From the NCBI GenBank assembly GCA_000004985.1, contig GG738891.1: DNA of 64,000 nucleotides, one strand, 5' to 3'. Position 1 is the stretch's first letter. Each line of letters starts with the position of its first letter. Both the position numbers and the translations under genes were made by a program. Of this stretch, positions 10,890 through 23,199 are shown one piece after another. This stretch comes from Naegleria gruberi (Eukaryota). The notes below the pieces were generated by a model. The model was not told the DNA's origin, made no database searches, and saw only the letters and a program-made list of their open reading frames with translations.

Positions 10890-11306
10890 TTGATTCTTTT
10901 TTTCTGTATTGAAATTGAATGGATCCGGCTGCTATTTTTGACATTTATTTTGATTGATGGTTCATAAAATTATGTGAATGTTCGAGCAGGTAGAGGAATT
11001 GTAAATGGGCTGAACGATGTTAATTTTCTAATTTTAATACTTGATTACAATATCTATGACACAATAAATATTTCCAAAAGCGTTCTTTGTAAAAATAACC
11101 AAAAAATCTTTCTCATTTGTGCAATTATTCCACCACTCTAATAAATTCCACAAGTGCTCAAATTCAACATCCACCTCCTCTTTATCTCAGTACAGAACCG
11201 TTCCTTAATATCTCACCAATTAAATAGTCTATTTCATATATGGGCCACTTACCATCAGGATCACACTTATCTTTTATCAGCAAGAGAACTTGGCTTCTCA
11301 AAAAAA

Positions 11307-14300
11307 ATGAAACAACACCAGCCTTCCTCCTCACAACAACACCGGCAGTCATACAACAATAATAATACTGGCGGTAGTAGCAGTGTTATTATTGGTGGAG
11401 AGAAGGCCACACAAAATAATAGAGCAAGTGGTAATAGTACATCTGTTGAAAGTATTGCATCTGCTGGTGGTCTAATAATAATACAGTGGTAGTGGGTCAA
11501 GTATCATCATCTACTATGTCGGGAAGAATGGAAAATAATAATCAAGGTGGATTTAATAGACGTTCTGTTCCAGACTTTTTTAAAAACAATAGTGAGCCAA
11601 TAAAGAAGAATAATCAGCAAGGTTTCACGAATAATGGTAGTGGTTCGAATCGAAATAATCACAGAAATACATCAGACAATGTAAATCCAAATAATAACAT
11701 GAAACCATCATCATCTAATAGTAATAATACTTCCACGAATAATTATCAACAGAAAACACATTATAAGAATAATAATTATAAAGGAAATGTTCACCAAAAT
11801 TCAGAACAAAACGATAATTACCAAAGGAAACAATACAAACATTATAACAAGCAACAAGTCAATCATCAAAACCAAACGGAGAATAGACATTCTAGTAATA
11901 TAAAACAAACACTTGATACTCACTCTAATGAACCATTTGGAGGTGGTTCCGACCAACAACTTGAACCCACATACAATAGACAAAATAAGTATACTAGACA
12001 ACCCTACAAGAAGCAGGTCTATGCTAAGCAACCTATTTCAACATCAGAGTCTGTTTCTATGGTAAATAGTAGTACATTTGGTTCTCAATCATCTACAAGC
12101 ACTATCACGTCCAATACCAGTGATCTCTCTCACTATAGTACACACCCAGAATTAAACAAGAAGATTAGATCAGAACTATCAAACAAGCAACAAGAATCAA
12201 AAGCTAAACAGTCAGGTGTTGGTGGAACTCTTTCCTACACATCTCAACTGTTCTATCCTTCCTATATGTATACTTCTAATGCGAGTAACAGTAATAATAA
12301 TTCATATATGCCTACAGTTCTAGAAGGTTGTCACTATTATGTACCACCTACTTTTTATCAGGTACCAACCTCACCAGTCGAAACCCAGAAGAAAGAAGTG
12401 ACAAAGACTCTTCCTTCACCATCAAAGAGGAAAAAGAGAGAAATTGAAAATGATTCCTCCAGTGAAGATGAAGATGATGAATCAATTTCATCAGTTGGTA
12501 GTCAAATTCAATTGAGTTTTGAAGATGATGATTATATTGTGGGATTTGCCTCATTTAATGGATCTTTCTTTTTTTGTTGGCAAAAAGCAACCAAGGAGTC
12601 AGAATCTCAAGCAAAAATAAGAGATATTCTCACATTGAGTTCCAAGTATAGTGGATCTAAACCAGAAACACTATTTTCTAAATGTATCAAGAATAAGTCT
12701 ATTTATGCAGCCCTTAAAAAGTTTATCAAGAAGTTGATCAAACAAAATCAACCTTTTAATCCATATTTGATTAATTCGCATTCATCTCTATTGATGAAAT
12801 TGTTTTTGACCTCGTCAAATACTTGGTTAGAATTTGCTTCCAACTTACCTGCTATTTCTAACAAATTTGCCAAGCTTAAGGCCAGAGAAGTTAAATTACT
12901 TCTTTCTGAATATTCTACAGAATGGAATTATTTTAGTGATATTGATTTGACAAAGGAAGAAAATATAACATCGCTTATTACTGGAGATGAGAACGAACTT
13001 GTAAAGAAATTTATGAAAAGAGTTGAAAGGGAGGACTTTTCTAAATTTAAAAGAAGATCTCATCTTCTTACATGTTCTTGGGTTTGTAAATGTCCGAATG
13101 GTAATGAAGATGTATTTAAAGAATTGCTTAAAACAATTAGAACAGTACAGCCAACACTATCATCAAGTCAAGAAAAGTTGAATCAAATATTCGAAAGAGA
13201 AAAGAACGATACAAAACCTCAGAAAATGACAATATGTGAATTAGTAGCAAAGGTAGATGATTTTGATGCAGATCTGACTAATTTCAAACTTAAAAAGCCA
13301 GAAACATCCATCTTTTCAGAGAGAAGGGTTGTTGATTCTGACTTTTCAGAAACCTTCATCAAAGAACTTTCTATTATTGTTTCTCTAAATATTTTCCAAG
13401 AGTTGAAATACAAGTATGATTTCTCTCACAAGAAACAAAAAGGTGCTGCAAATGATTTCAAGAAGCTTTACTCAATAGTTGATGTTGAGACTCAAAAGAA
13501 GAAGACAGCTTTCAATGCTAAAATCCAATCTGCATACAAAGATGAGTCATCCCAGATTTCTACATTAGAGTTAGAGGAGCACGAGAAGCTCATTCATCAA
13601 CTCATTCAATTTGTTACCTACGACAAAGAATATCGATGCTTCCAGAGGTATTATGACTTGTTAAAGACAGAAGAGGATGACATCAATAGAATGTTCGGAT
13701 GGTTCCAATTTCCGTATCAACTGAAGGCAGTGCAATGGCTAAAGAGACTAAATGCCAATATTAACTGGGTGGATATATATTTGAATAGAATTCATGCTTC
13801 ACCACATTTTGAGGAAGATATTTTAAAGATGATTGATGAGGAATGTGACAGATCTTGTAATTGGGCTAATGAGTCTAGATATTCCTTCTTAGATTATTCA
13901 GACAAAACTTTTACAATTGATAAGAAAGGTACTAAGGATTGTGATGATGCATTTACTATCCTTGATCACAATACAAATTCAATCAAAATTGCTGTCCATA
14001 TTACAGATGTTGCCTCAACAATTCTCAGAAATATTGATTTTTCCAAGAATGTACCACCTGTAGAAGAAAAGAAAGATGCAAACAAACGCTATACTGGAAA
14101 CAAATCAAAATTCAATGATCATCCAATATTCCAAAGTGCACTTTTCTCAGAAGCAGCAAGAAGAATTATGTCAATCTATATTCCAGGTGTTGAGGAAACC
14201 TATGCTCCTTGTTTCCCAAGACATTTATCTGAAGAGCTTCTCTCTTTAATTGATAAGAGACCAAAAGAAGTAATTTCTCACATCTTTATTATTTATAATA

Positions 14301-15478
14301 ATGGAAAGGTTGAATGTAAAGGTGTTGTGAAAGGGCTCATCCAAGTGAATCATTCATACTTTTTCGAAGAAGCTGATGAAAAAATTGATTCACCATATGC
14401 TGATCCATTCTGGAAACATTTATATGATTGTTGCTGTGCTATTCATGAAGAGAGACTTGCGCACGGAGCTAAGAAATTTACTCCTGGTGTTGTTCCACTT
14501 GGTGGTGTTGATTTATCACTTGATTATCAAGATGATTCTCCAAATCCAGAAATTCATGTTAATACTCATAGACAAAATCCATCCAAGTCTTCAAAAATAA
14601 TTACAGAGTTCAGTATTTTACTCAATTCTACTATGGCTAAATATTTTTATGATAACAAAATATGTGGTCTCTACAAGGAGTTTTACCAAACCTACAATAG
14701 GCTTTTACCAGAGTCTATTAAAGATATGGATATTGAGGAATTTGTTGAAGTAGCTTCAATTCTTGACCCAGAAGGAAATGAAACAAATTACCTAGCTCAA
14801 GGTAAAACTCAACAAAATGAGAACTATACTGCTCTACAAAACTTTGAGAAAGAATTGAAAAATCAAGGAAGCAGAAAGACAACTAATATTGGTAAGATTA
14901 CAACAAAACCAACCAAATTCTACCAAAATATTATTGGCGTTGAATTATATATGCAACTTTCCTCTCCTCTTAGAAGATGGCTTGATTTAGTATTACAAGT
15001 ACAACTTGTTCATCATCTTAATACAATTGAAGCTGGCATTCCATGGAAAGGTCTTGAGAGTAGTTTATTCAGTGAAGAGATTTTGCATTATTGGAGTGAA
15101 AAGGTTTCAGACAAGATCGAAACAGTCAAAGATATGGAAAAACAAGTCATGTACCATTACTTTTTATTATATTTGAAAAAGAACATGGATGCATTGAAAG
15201 GTCCATATTTATTAGATTGTGTTTCAGAAATTAACTTTAGAAAGGGTAAAAGAACGAATCACCCAAAACACAAACATAATATTGATTATGACAATCTTGT
15301 AAACAAATCAAAACCAGTCATAACTCAGCTATTGAGATTAAGATTAGTCAATTATAATTACTTTGCAATTGAAGCTTATGTCACCAGTAACATGGTTGAC
15401 ATGGACGAAATTACCTTAGTCAAGGTTGTAGATATTGATTGTTACACTCACACAATTTCTGCTGAATTAGTGCAGTAA
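11307..15478 (+). CDS. RNase II/RNB-family 3'-5' exoribonuclease (DIS3L2-like, no PIN domain) with an N/S/Q-rich N-terminal region
   Basis: The RNB catalytic motif TIDKKGTKDCDDAFTILD sits within a 1330-codon ORF (11486..15478). The first in-frame ATG of that ORF is at 11516. An upstream AAAAAAATG at 11307 can join it through a possible 56-nt intron (11431-11486, GTAATA..CAG), adding about 41 aa. The core 11516..15478 is confident; the upstream exon is speculative. Confidence 0.65.
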
Positions 15479-15680
15479 AATGTGCTCCTTCGTGAGGCTG
15501 CTATGAATGGCACTGCCTGGTAAAAGGTAGTCAGCATTTCTCCATGAAATAAAGATTGCTTGTTCATTGTGAACAGGCTCGAATAATTAAAACTTAAATT
15601 GATAACTTGGCATTTGTTGTTAAAGAAATGAAGATTCTCCAAGATAAATTGTCTTGACTTGCTACCAAATTGGTTGCCAA

Positions 15681-17139
15681 TTATTTCTCCCAAAATTGTC
15701 TCAACATTTCTTCAACGTTTGAATAACCATTATTTCTTTCATACTTGGTGTTAAGTGATAGGATAAGTTCCAAAATTGCTTGACTAACTTCTTGCTTTTG
15801 ATGTGCTACCACGTGAACGAGTCTGGAGTATGTTAAAACAGCCAAATCAACAAAAGGAAGTGTCAACAAAGGAACAGTAGAAAAGTAGGGATTGGTTGCT
15901 GCCTGACTGGCAATATCCAAACTTAGAATCCAGGCTTCCTCAATATTATCTGGATCTGCCAAAAGGATCACAGCAAGCTTAAATCCTTTTTCTATAAAGA
16001 GATGAATCAAAAATGCTATGTTTCTATGTGATTCGGATTCTGCAGAGAAATCAAAATTGTTTTGAATTACTGTGTCGATATAGGATGAGCACAAGTCAAT
16101 TACCTTATAAGTTTGTGGAAGTTTTTCACGCTCAGTTGGAAGTTCGAATGTTGATTTCACATCCAAAAACTGTTTGGTTAATAAGGGGAAAAAATCTACA
16201 AGTCCTTGTGGGCCATTGTTTTCATAGCAAAGTGTGAAGTGCATTCCTAATTTGAGTAGTTCTAGCCATTTTTGTGTATTTTTCACAGCAATGCTTGAAT
16301 TTTCAGTGCAATCACTAACGAAGTATTTAACTAAATCCAAATACATACTTGCTTCCTTGTACCTCTTTCTAGCAAGATTATGTGATGCAAAATTAAGCAT
16401 GGACATACCAGCATAAATGTTTGTGTGATTATCGAAATGAGAAGCTACCAACAGCCTTGCATGCTGAAAACATAAATCAGAATATTGTTTTGAGCCTATT
16501 CTTTGCTCAGCCCACGCGACAATAGAAAATAAAAATGCAGAAACAGAATCGTCTAGTTCATCCAATGCATCAATCAAATTTTGCAATTCGTTTTTTGGCA
16601 CACTCTCAAAAATACTGAATGTTGTAAACACAAAAGTTCAGTAAAACAACTTACGTTGAATTATAAAACTTTAACGTATTTCTAACATCCAGATTTAACC
16701 CTTTCTTGGTTGAATTAACTGAATGATTAATTATAAAACATTGTTCATAGCATGGAGTTTTCTTTTTTTGCTTCTTTTGTACAGCTAGCGGTTTGAGATT
16801 TTTATATTCACATTGTTTCCCACTCTTTAAACAAGATGAACACGATGGAAGCAATTTATCGCATCGTTTGTGATGAAATCTACACAATGTGCAGGCATAC
16901 TCGCTCTTACTCTCCATGTTGTATGGATGATAGGGAACAACTTTTGTGGTACTATCTTGTGATGATTGTGGAGAAGAACTCTTCAGTTCTTTTGAAATAA
17001 TATCGACACTTATTTTCCTAGTTGGTAGTGGTCTACCTGAAGCTGATGATGACCCACCCGAGGCTTCCTTCAAACTTGAGCCATTACTACTCGAAGAAGA
17101 TTGTGATGGTGGGCTCCTATTGGCGGGTGAATTTGTCAT
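15681..17139 (-). CDS. Zn(II)2Cys6 (Gal4-type) binuclear-cluster transcription factor, 2 exons, 473 aa
   Basis: Exon 1 (17139..16655) carries CTLCRFHHKRCDKLLPSCSSCLKSGKQC, a perfect C-x2-C-x6-C-x6-C-x2-C-x6-C spacing. A 40-nt intron at 16615-16654 (GTAAGT..CAG, phase 2) joins it in frame to ORF 15681..16614 (...KFYNST|IFESVPKNEL...). Confidence 0.7.
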
Positions 17140-17387
17140 TTTTTTAATCTAATTTTTGTGCTGACTACGGCGACTCACTTTACAAGAGTCGTGAACAACA
17201 CGTTTAATTAAGGAAAATTAATGACAATCTAAGATTGAATAGCCATAAAATTTAAAGTCATCTTCTTGTTTATAATAATTATTTTCTCTCAATATTTGTT
17301 GCCTTAATGAAAAGAGATTGACTAGACCCACATCAAGGATGGTCAACAAACAATATAGGCGGAGATATTAATTACATTAAAAAAAAT

Positions 17388-18821
17388 ATGCCATCATCAA
17401 AGCAAGATTTTCAATTCCTGGAAAAGATTGGAAGTGGAAGTTATGGAGAAGTATTCAAAGTGAGAAGGATCAATGATGGAAAATATTATGTGATTAAACA
17501 AATTTCTATTGAGGATTTATCTCCAAAGGAACAAATGGATGCACTGAATGAAATTGCAATATTAAGTAGGGCGGAACATAATTATGTAATTTCTTATTAT
17601 GATTCGTTTCTTTGCCCTGAAAGTCACAAGTTAAATATAGTGATGGAGTATGCTTCGAATGGATCTTTATTTGAGTTTTTAAAAAAGCAACACGGAAAAT
17701 TACTGCAAGAGAATATGATTTGGAAATTGTTTATTCAAATTACTTCAGCCTTAAATTATTTACATAATCTGAAAATTCTTCACAGAGATATTAAGAGTCT
17801 GAACATTTTTATTGATGGAAATGGAAATGCAAAGATTGGAGATTTTGGCGTCTCAAGATTGTTAACCAATTCTAAAGAATTTGCAAGTACAATTCTTGGA
17901 AGTTTTTATTATTTAAGTCCAGAAATTTGTGAAGGTCTACCGTATGATGAAAGATCTGATATTTGGTCTTTAGGTTGTGTTCTATATGAGATGTGTTGTT
18001 TGAAACATCCATTTGATTCATCCAATCAAGGAGCATTAGTTTTAAAGATTTTGACAGGAAAATATGCGCCAATTAGCTCCATATATTCTGCTGAACTGGC
18101 ACAAATGGTGAAAAATTGCTTGAATACTAAGGTTAAATCAAGACCAACTACCATGCAAATTTTAAACAACAGTCTTGTTGTAAAAAAAGCAAAAGAGTTA
18201 GACATTCAAATAGATGCTCTCAGAACACCATCCTCTCCACTCACTCCTACCACAGTCAACATTGAGCTTGGTTCTCCTCAACAAAAAAACAAGAATAGAG
18301 CACCACAAGCTATTAGACCAAGCTCAAAGTACAGTAACCGTAATGTAGTCAGAACAAACACGCCTTCTTCTATACCTGTCAAAAAGGTAGTTGTTTCAAA
18401 CGAATTGAAGTTTGAAATTGTAAATAGAGAGCTTAACAATTCAATTCAAGAGGTCAGACAACTACCAAAAATACCAATGGAATCAAAAGCACCTACAAAT
18501 AAGAAAGATCCAAACTTGACTGTTTATAGTAAGAAGAAGTCTCAACCTCTAATTGAACCGCCACCTTCTAGGGTTGTAGAAAATAATTTAGAAAGTCCAA
18601 AAAGAGCTCAACCTGCTGAAATTGAAATGCTTAAGGCCAAGTGTTTAGGAAAAATATCTGATTCCACTCTCACTGAGCTTATCACGTTCTTTAAAGATGC
18701 CATTGAAAAGGACACTCCTCAAGAAGATTATCAGGATTTCGTTTCTAAGCGTATTGGAAACAATGCTGACATTATCCAAAATATTTATAAGATTATTTAC
18801 CTAGAAAGTCTTGCTGATTAA
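17388..18821 (+). CDS. NIMA-related (NEK) serine/threonine protein kinase
   Basis: GSGSYGEVFKV glycine loop, HRDIKSLNIF catalytic loop, DFGVSR motif and SPE motif. The kinase domain is N-terminal with a non-catalytic tail. AAAAAATATG start. Intronless. Confidence 0.8.
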   Translation: MPSSKQDFQFLEKIGSGSYGEVFKVRRINDGKYYVIKQISIEDLSPKEQMDALNEIAILSRAEHNYVISYYDSFLCPESHKLNIVMEYASNGSLFEFLKKQHGKLLQENMIWKLFIQITSALNYLHNLKILHRDIKSLNIFIDGNGNAKIGDFGVSRLLTNSKEFASTILGSFYYLSPEICEGLPYDERSDIWSLGCVLYEMCCLKHPFDSSNQGALVLKILTGKYAPISSIYSAELAQMVKNCLNTKVKSRPTTMQILNNSLVVKKAKELDIQIDALRTPSSPLTPTTVNIELGSPQQKNKNRAPQAIRPSSKYSNRNVVRTNTPSSIPVKKVVVSNELKFEIVNRELNNSIQEVRQLPKIPMESKAPTNKKDPNLTVYSKKKSQPLIEPPPSRVVENNLESPKRAQPAEIEMLKAKCLGKISDSTLTELITFFKDAIEKDTPQEDYQDFVSKRIGNNADIIQNIYKIIYLESLAD

Positions 18822-18846
18822 TAAATATTTTGGCTACTGTTGTAAT

Positions 18847-21243
18847 TTATCGAAGCCAACCCTTGCAGTTCTTACTACCACAAAGACATTTAACTCTTTT
18901 CTCTACAATATACTCATAATCAAATGTAAGTTCCTCTCCTTCTTTGATGTCTCGTTTGCAAAAGAATGCAATGTCACCATATCTTGGATCTCTGATCTCA
19001 TTGCACACTAATAATTGCTTTAAATTACCATCACAAGAATGGTTTAAAAATCTAGTGACGTTACCTATGAAGGTTGAATCAATTGTGTATTCACATTGAA
19101 CACCTCCATGAGCAAGATCAAATAAATAACTTAGGCCTTTTCTATCATATCTTTCACCTCTCTTCTCAGCAATAGCATCTGTAATAAGCTCTCCAAAGTA
19201 GACCTCTACGAATTGTCCTTTTGAGAGCTTTTGATTAGCTCTTAAACCCCAACCTCTATTCTTAGTTTTAAAAACACATAATTTAACATTACTTCCTTTT
19301 TGCACAACCCTGTTGGGACAAGTTTCAGAGCACCCACAATCTCTATTGCACTCTAAAATTACATATTTTGTATCAATATCTCTTAACTTTCCACTGTTGT
19401 CGTAGTAAACTTCATCACCTCTTCTAACAGGATTGAATTGACTTGGATCAAATATGTCTGTTCTGAATTCTTGTTGAAGTCTGAGACATTTACAACCCTT
19501 TCCACACTTATTTTTACAATCACATGCTTCAGAGTTTTTAAGAGCTGCCATTACTTCTCTTTGGTCTTCTGTGATTCCTTCACCGTACGTGTTACTTGTT
19601 GCATAAGCAAATGGCTCAAATTCAGAAAAATCAACTGCATTTACAACAGGTACGGCTGTCCTAGATTTACCAAGAGAAATATCATCAAAGTAGTAGAAAT
19701 GAGGAGATCCTTTCTTTTTTCCTAACAGCTCTGGTAAGGTTTCACCATTAATAGTCTTACTAACCATAGATCTTATATAATTAAAGTGCCTACGAATAAA
19801 TCTCTTCTTATGGTTGATCAAGTCATCAATTTTGTTGCAGGGATCACTAGGGTCCCTGTTTAAATCATCGTCGTCGTCTTCGCCCTCACTGTCACTTACA
19901 GTTATTTTACCCTTATTTGAAAGGAATGACTTGGAGTAAGGATATGCTGATACAGTCTTAGAAATGGCCTTGTCAATCAGCTTGTCAACGTTTTCTAGTG
20001 CTTGGTTCAAAATATTTAAATCCATGGTTTCTTCAACATGGAAATTGTTGAACTCTTTCCAATTTAAAGACTTTTCCAAATCACATGCATGTCTCTTTTT
20101 TGACTTGATATACTTTTTAATAACCTCTGGATCTCTTCCAAATGAAAGACACACAACGGTCAACCAGTGGACAGGCAGTCTGTCAAATACTTCATTTTTG
20201 GACAGCTCATCCAAAACATCCTTTTCTCGTTGAATGAGGTGTGTAGACTTTACAAGGGAACTAAATATTATCCATCTAGTATCCGTTATCACACCGATCA
20301 TTTGCGATTTAAAATTATCATAAACAATTTGAGAAACATTTTCAACTTCAATTATGCCTTGTAAAAATGAATTCAGATAAGACATGATTTGGTCGTGAAG
20401 GGCATGCTTTTGATAGTCGTCCACAACCTCCAAAGCAATTTCACAAGGAGAAGTCATAGAGTCAACTTGAATTGTTCTTTCATCATTTTCCCAATGTGTA
20501 ATTGACATGTTTTTCTCTGTAGGTATTCTATACTTCATTCTGAAACCAAAATCACACCTGCTCTCTGTTATAAGAACAGGATTATTTGTGAAATACCCAA
20601 TGACTGCAAAGTATTTTTGACCATCATTTCTAGGAGTACAACTTCCAAGATAGATTCCTTTAAATTCCTCAATGTAAACCTCACACAAATATTCAGTAGG
20701 ATTAAATTTGTGAATTTGTTCCTTTAGTTGAAGTTTAAATCCAGAGTCACCTTCCCACTCAAACATTTCATGAATCATTTCTTTTTTAATTTCAAAGACC
20801 TCTGAGCTTGCATCTGCACAAATGTCATAAACAGATGGAGGAATACTATTGTCCACTATAATAATATTCATAAAACTAATCATTTCCAAATACTTTTCCT
20901 TGATTTTCATTTGTAAAGGAGGAGAAATCTTGTTGTTATTACATCGGAACCCATGTCTTGTTAGCCACTCAATCGCACCAGACTTGGTAGAAAAGTTTCT
21001 ACCGCTCATGTGTTCGATCTGACTCCACAGTACGTCAATAGAAATAGCATCACCCTCCAACACTTGTAGAATAAATTTTAAAAAAGATAAAAAGTCTGGG
21101 GAATATTGAATTTTCTGTAATGCTCCACAAACATTTATATCAAATGTTGTTCGGATTGTTTTTTGCTTTTTTGTTTTAGAACCTGTTACCACAACATCAG
21201 AATCATCATCCGAACCTGATGATTGTTTGTTCCGTTTAGACAT
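18847..21243 (-). CDS. SET-domain histone-lysine methyltransferase (SUV39 type) with pre-SET and post-SET cysteine clusters
   Basis: C-terminal CDCKNKCGKGCKC...CPNR (pre-SET), NHSCDGN and ELTFDY (SET), CLCGSKNCKGWL (post-SET). The N-terminal 450 aa have no recognised domain. Intronless. It is convergent with the NEK gene, with 25 bp between stops. Confidence 0.8.
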   Translation of the reverse strand: MSKRNKQSSGSDDDSDVVVTGSKTKKQKTIRTTFDINVCGALQKIQYSPDFLSFLKFILQVLEGDAISIDVLWSQIEHMSGRNFSTKSGAIEWLTRHGFRCNNNKISPPLQMKIKEKYLEMISFMNIIIVDNSIPPSVYDICADASSEVFEIKKEMIHEMFEWEGDSGFKLQLKEQIHKFNPTEYLCEVYIEEFKGIYLGSCTPRNDGQKYFAVIGYFTNNPVLITESRCDFGFRMKYRIPTEKNMSITHWENDERTIQVDSMTSPCEIALEVVDDYQKHALHDQIMSYLNSFLQGIIEVENVSQIVYDNFKSQMIGVITDTRWIIFSSLVKSTHLIQREKDVLDELSKNEVFDRLPVHWLTVVCLSFGRDPEVIKKYIKSKKRHACDLEKSLNWKEFNNFHVEETMDLNILNQALENVDKLIDKAISKTVSAYPYSKSFLSNKGKITVSDSEGEDDDDDLNRDPSDPCNKIDDLINHKKRFIRRHFNYIRSMVSKTINGETLPELLGKKKGSPHFYYFDDISLGKSRTAVPVVNAVDFSEFEPFAYATSNTYGEGITEDQREVMAALKNSEACDCKNKCGKGCKCLRLQQEFRTDIFDPSQFNPVRRGDEVYYDNSGKLRDIDTKYVILECNRDCGCSETCPNRVVQKGSNVKLCVFKTKNRGWGLRANQKLSKGQFVEVYFGELITDAIAEKRGERYDRKGLSYLFDLAHGGVQCEYTIDSTFIGNVTRFLNHSCDGNLKQLLVCNEIRDPRYGDIAFFCKRDIKEGEELTFDYEYIVEKRVKCLCGSKNCKGWLR

Positions 21244-21589
21244 TTTTTTATCGTTAAAAATTTTAAAATTAAAAAATTTGGCGGGAATATCATGATCCTT
21301 AACAGTGAAACCATAAAAGAATTGTCGTATGCTGAATATTGAGAAATTGAAAAAATCACCATCATGTTGAAAAAATAAACTCCTCCAGTATCTTCATGAG
21401 AATACATTTCAACTTATTGAAGATCGTTGAGTGGAGATTCTGAACTGTATCTTGTTGGAAATGTATTTTGTTTTAAACTATTTCTCCAAATAAAATTTTC
21501 ACACCAATTAAGGATTGAAAAACACTTACCATTACAGTTTCCATATTAAACTCTATAAAGGGCGAGCTTTTCGACTCTACCTTAAAAAA

Positions 21590-23127
21590 ATGTCTAGAGT
21601 TTTCTCTTGCTACTCGTTACTGTTGTTTCTAGTGATTTGTACCTTGTGGATGGCTCAGATGAGTACTTCCCTTGTTCCTGTTAAGCAACCGTATATTATA
21701 TGGCCAGATTCCAAGACAGGAAATGGTAAGTGTTGTGATTTGATGAATGGAAAATCCTAAGATCCAATGTGCAGCTGTTGTTTACTTTAAGAATTCAGGA
21801 CCTTTCCAAACTGAAGTTTTGTGGGTTGGTGCTGCAGCATGGAATGATCAATATCAAGTAAGAAATAAGGTTGCTCAATTGGTAAGAGCTGGAATTGTGC
21901 CATTCATGTATGTTATTTAACAAATTGCATCATTAATGATATGATTTTTAAAGTAATTCTTATCAATTCGGAGACAATGGACTTAGAGGAAATTATGATT
22001 ATGCTGTAAAGTTTGATACAGAAGTTGCCAAAGTAAGTTTATAACAGAGTCAATTGTTTTTAAAGTGAGGAAAGGCGATTGGAAATTCATTTGCTATTAT
22101 TAATTTGGAAACTGAATGGGATGTTGATGAAGTTTTAGGAATTTTCCAATCAAATGCTGGTAAACAATGCTTGTTGGACAGAATTCAAGCTTTCAGAACC
22201 TATGCTCCAAATGCTGTTATTGTGAGCTCACCTGGTCTTTGGAAGCCAGCTTCATCTTATTCATTCTTTGCACCAATTGATAAGAAACTGAATCAAAGAG
22301 CAATGTTGAATCATATTGTCAACTCTTATGATAGTAATTGTGCAAGAACTCCATATGGTGGATTCTGGCAATATGGAGCCAAGTCAGCTAGCTCTGCTAT
22401 TGAGTTAATGCTTTCCAATGTAAACTCTAATTTTCAAAAAATTCAAGATGCTTGGGGTGATGAAGATTATGAATGGATTATGAGTGATGTAGCAGTTACT
22501 TCTTGTGGATGGGGAGATCAAAACCAAGCCCAAATTCTTCATGAAATTACCAATGTAAGTATTAAGAAAATGCCATACTTGTTATTTAATATCCATTCAA
22601 TAATTAAGAACATTGATTGTTTGTATGCTTCAGGCTTCCGTGGATACGTTTTGAGAAATTCTGGTCCAGATGTTAACGAAAGAGCTATGGGTATTCAAAA
22701 TGAAGGAATGTTCAAATTCACCAGTAATCAATACTCACCAGTTGTTCTTGGAAATGGTTTGAATAAGATGGTTTCATTCTTGAGAGGATCAAGTAAACCA
22801 GTTTGTTCTGGTGCTTCTAGCCCATCAAGTGGTGGAGGTAGTTCTGGAGGTTCTTCACCATCATCTTCCGATTTCACTATTAGAGGAGATCCAGGTATTA
22901 ATGAATGGTGGGTTGAATTATATGTTAATCCAGCTTCAAGTGTTAGATCCATAACTTTCAAATGCAATGGTCTAACAACCACATTGGACAAATCATCTTG
23001 GTCAGCAACTCAATTCTCTAAAGGACTTTCTTCAAGATGTCCAATTGGAACAAAAGCTGAAGTCACAGTTAATGGTCAAAAATACTCTATGGTTTATGGA
23101 ATTGCTCAACCTGCAAAGAAAATGTAA
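21590..23127 (+). CDS. Secreted modular protein: signal peptide, globular domain, Ser/Gly linker, small C-terminal beta-rich (carbohydrate-binding-like) module; 4 exons
   Basis: Exons are 21590..21725, 21775..21907, 21954..22032 and 22075..23127. Introns are 49 nt (GTAAGT..CAG), 46 nt (GTATGT..AAG) and 42 nt (GTAAGT..AAG). All junctions keep the frame and remove stops. The N-terminus MSRVFSCYSLLLFLVICTLW is a signal peptide. The linker CSGASSPSSGGGSSGGSSPSSS precedes a roughly 90-aa C-terminal domain. The catalytic family is not identified. Confidence 0.45.
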
Positions 23128-23199
23128 TTTCTCGAACGAAACCTTATTAAACTTGTATGTTTAAAATTATTATTATCGTAATTTTCTTACTTTAAAAAA

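Noticed and set aside
11154-11306. The 5' part of ORF 11154..11492 (MLKFNIHLLFISVQNRSL...)
   Set aside because: There is no ATG before 11307 and no A-run context. The region is likely 5' flank. Only the segment from the AAAAAAATG at 11307 is considered as a possible exon.
11468-11486. A 17-nt GT...AG segment (gtctaataataatacag) that would join ORF 11154 to the RNase II frame
   Set aside because: It is far below the 36-nt minimum seen for every other intron here. The longer GTAATA donor alternative is reported instead, at low confidence.
11636-11650. GGTTCGAATCG, resembling a tRNA T-arm box
   Set aside because: It lies inside the RNase II coding region (SGSNRNN) with no acceptor or anticodon-stem context. 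No other B-box-like motifs were found in intergenic DNA.
11801-13413. Minus-strand ORFs inside the RNase II gene (11801..12031, 12348..12554, 13219..13413)
   Set aside because: They are antisense shadows of a long conserved CDS.
22033-22065. 33-nt GTAAGT..AAG intron candidate in the secreted-protein gene
   Set aside because: It would place an in-frame TGA (22066-22068) at the start of the next exon. The 42-nt alternative ending at 22074 removes the stop and keeps the frame.
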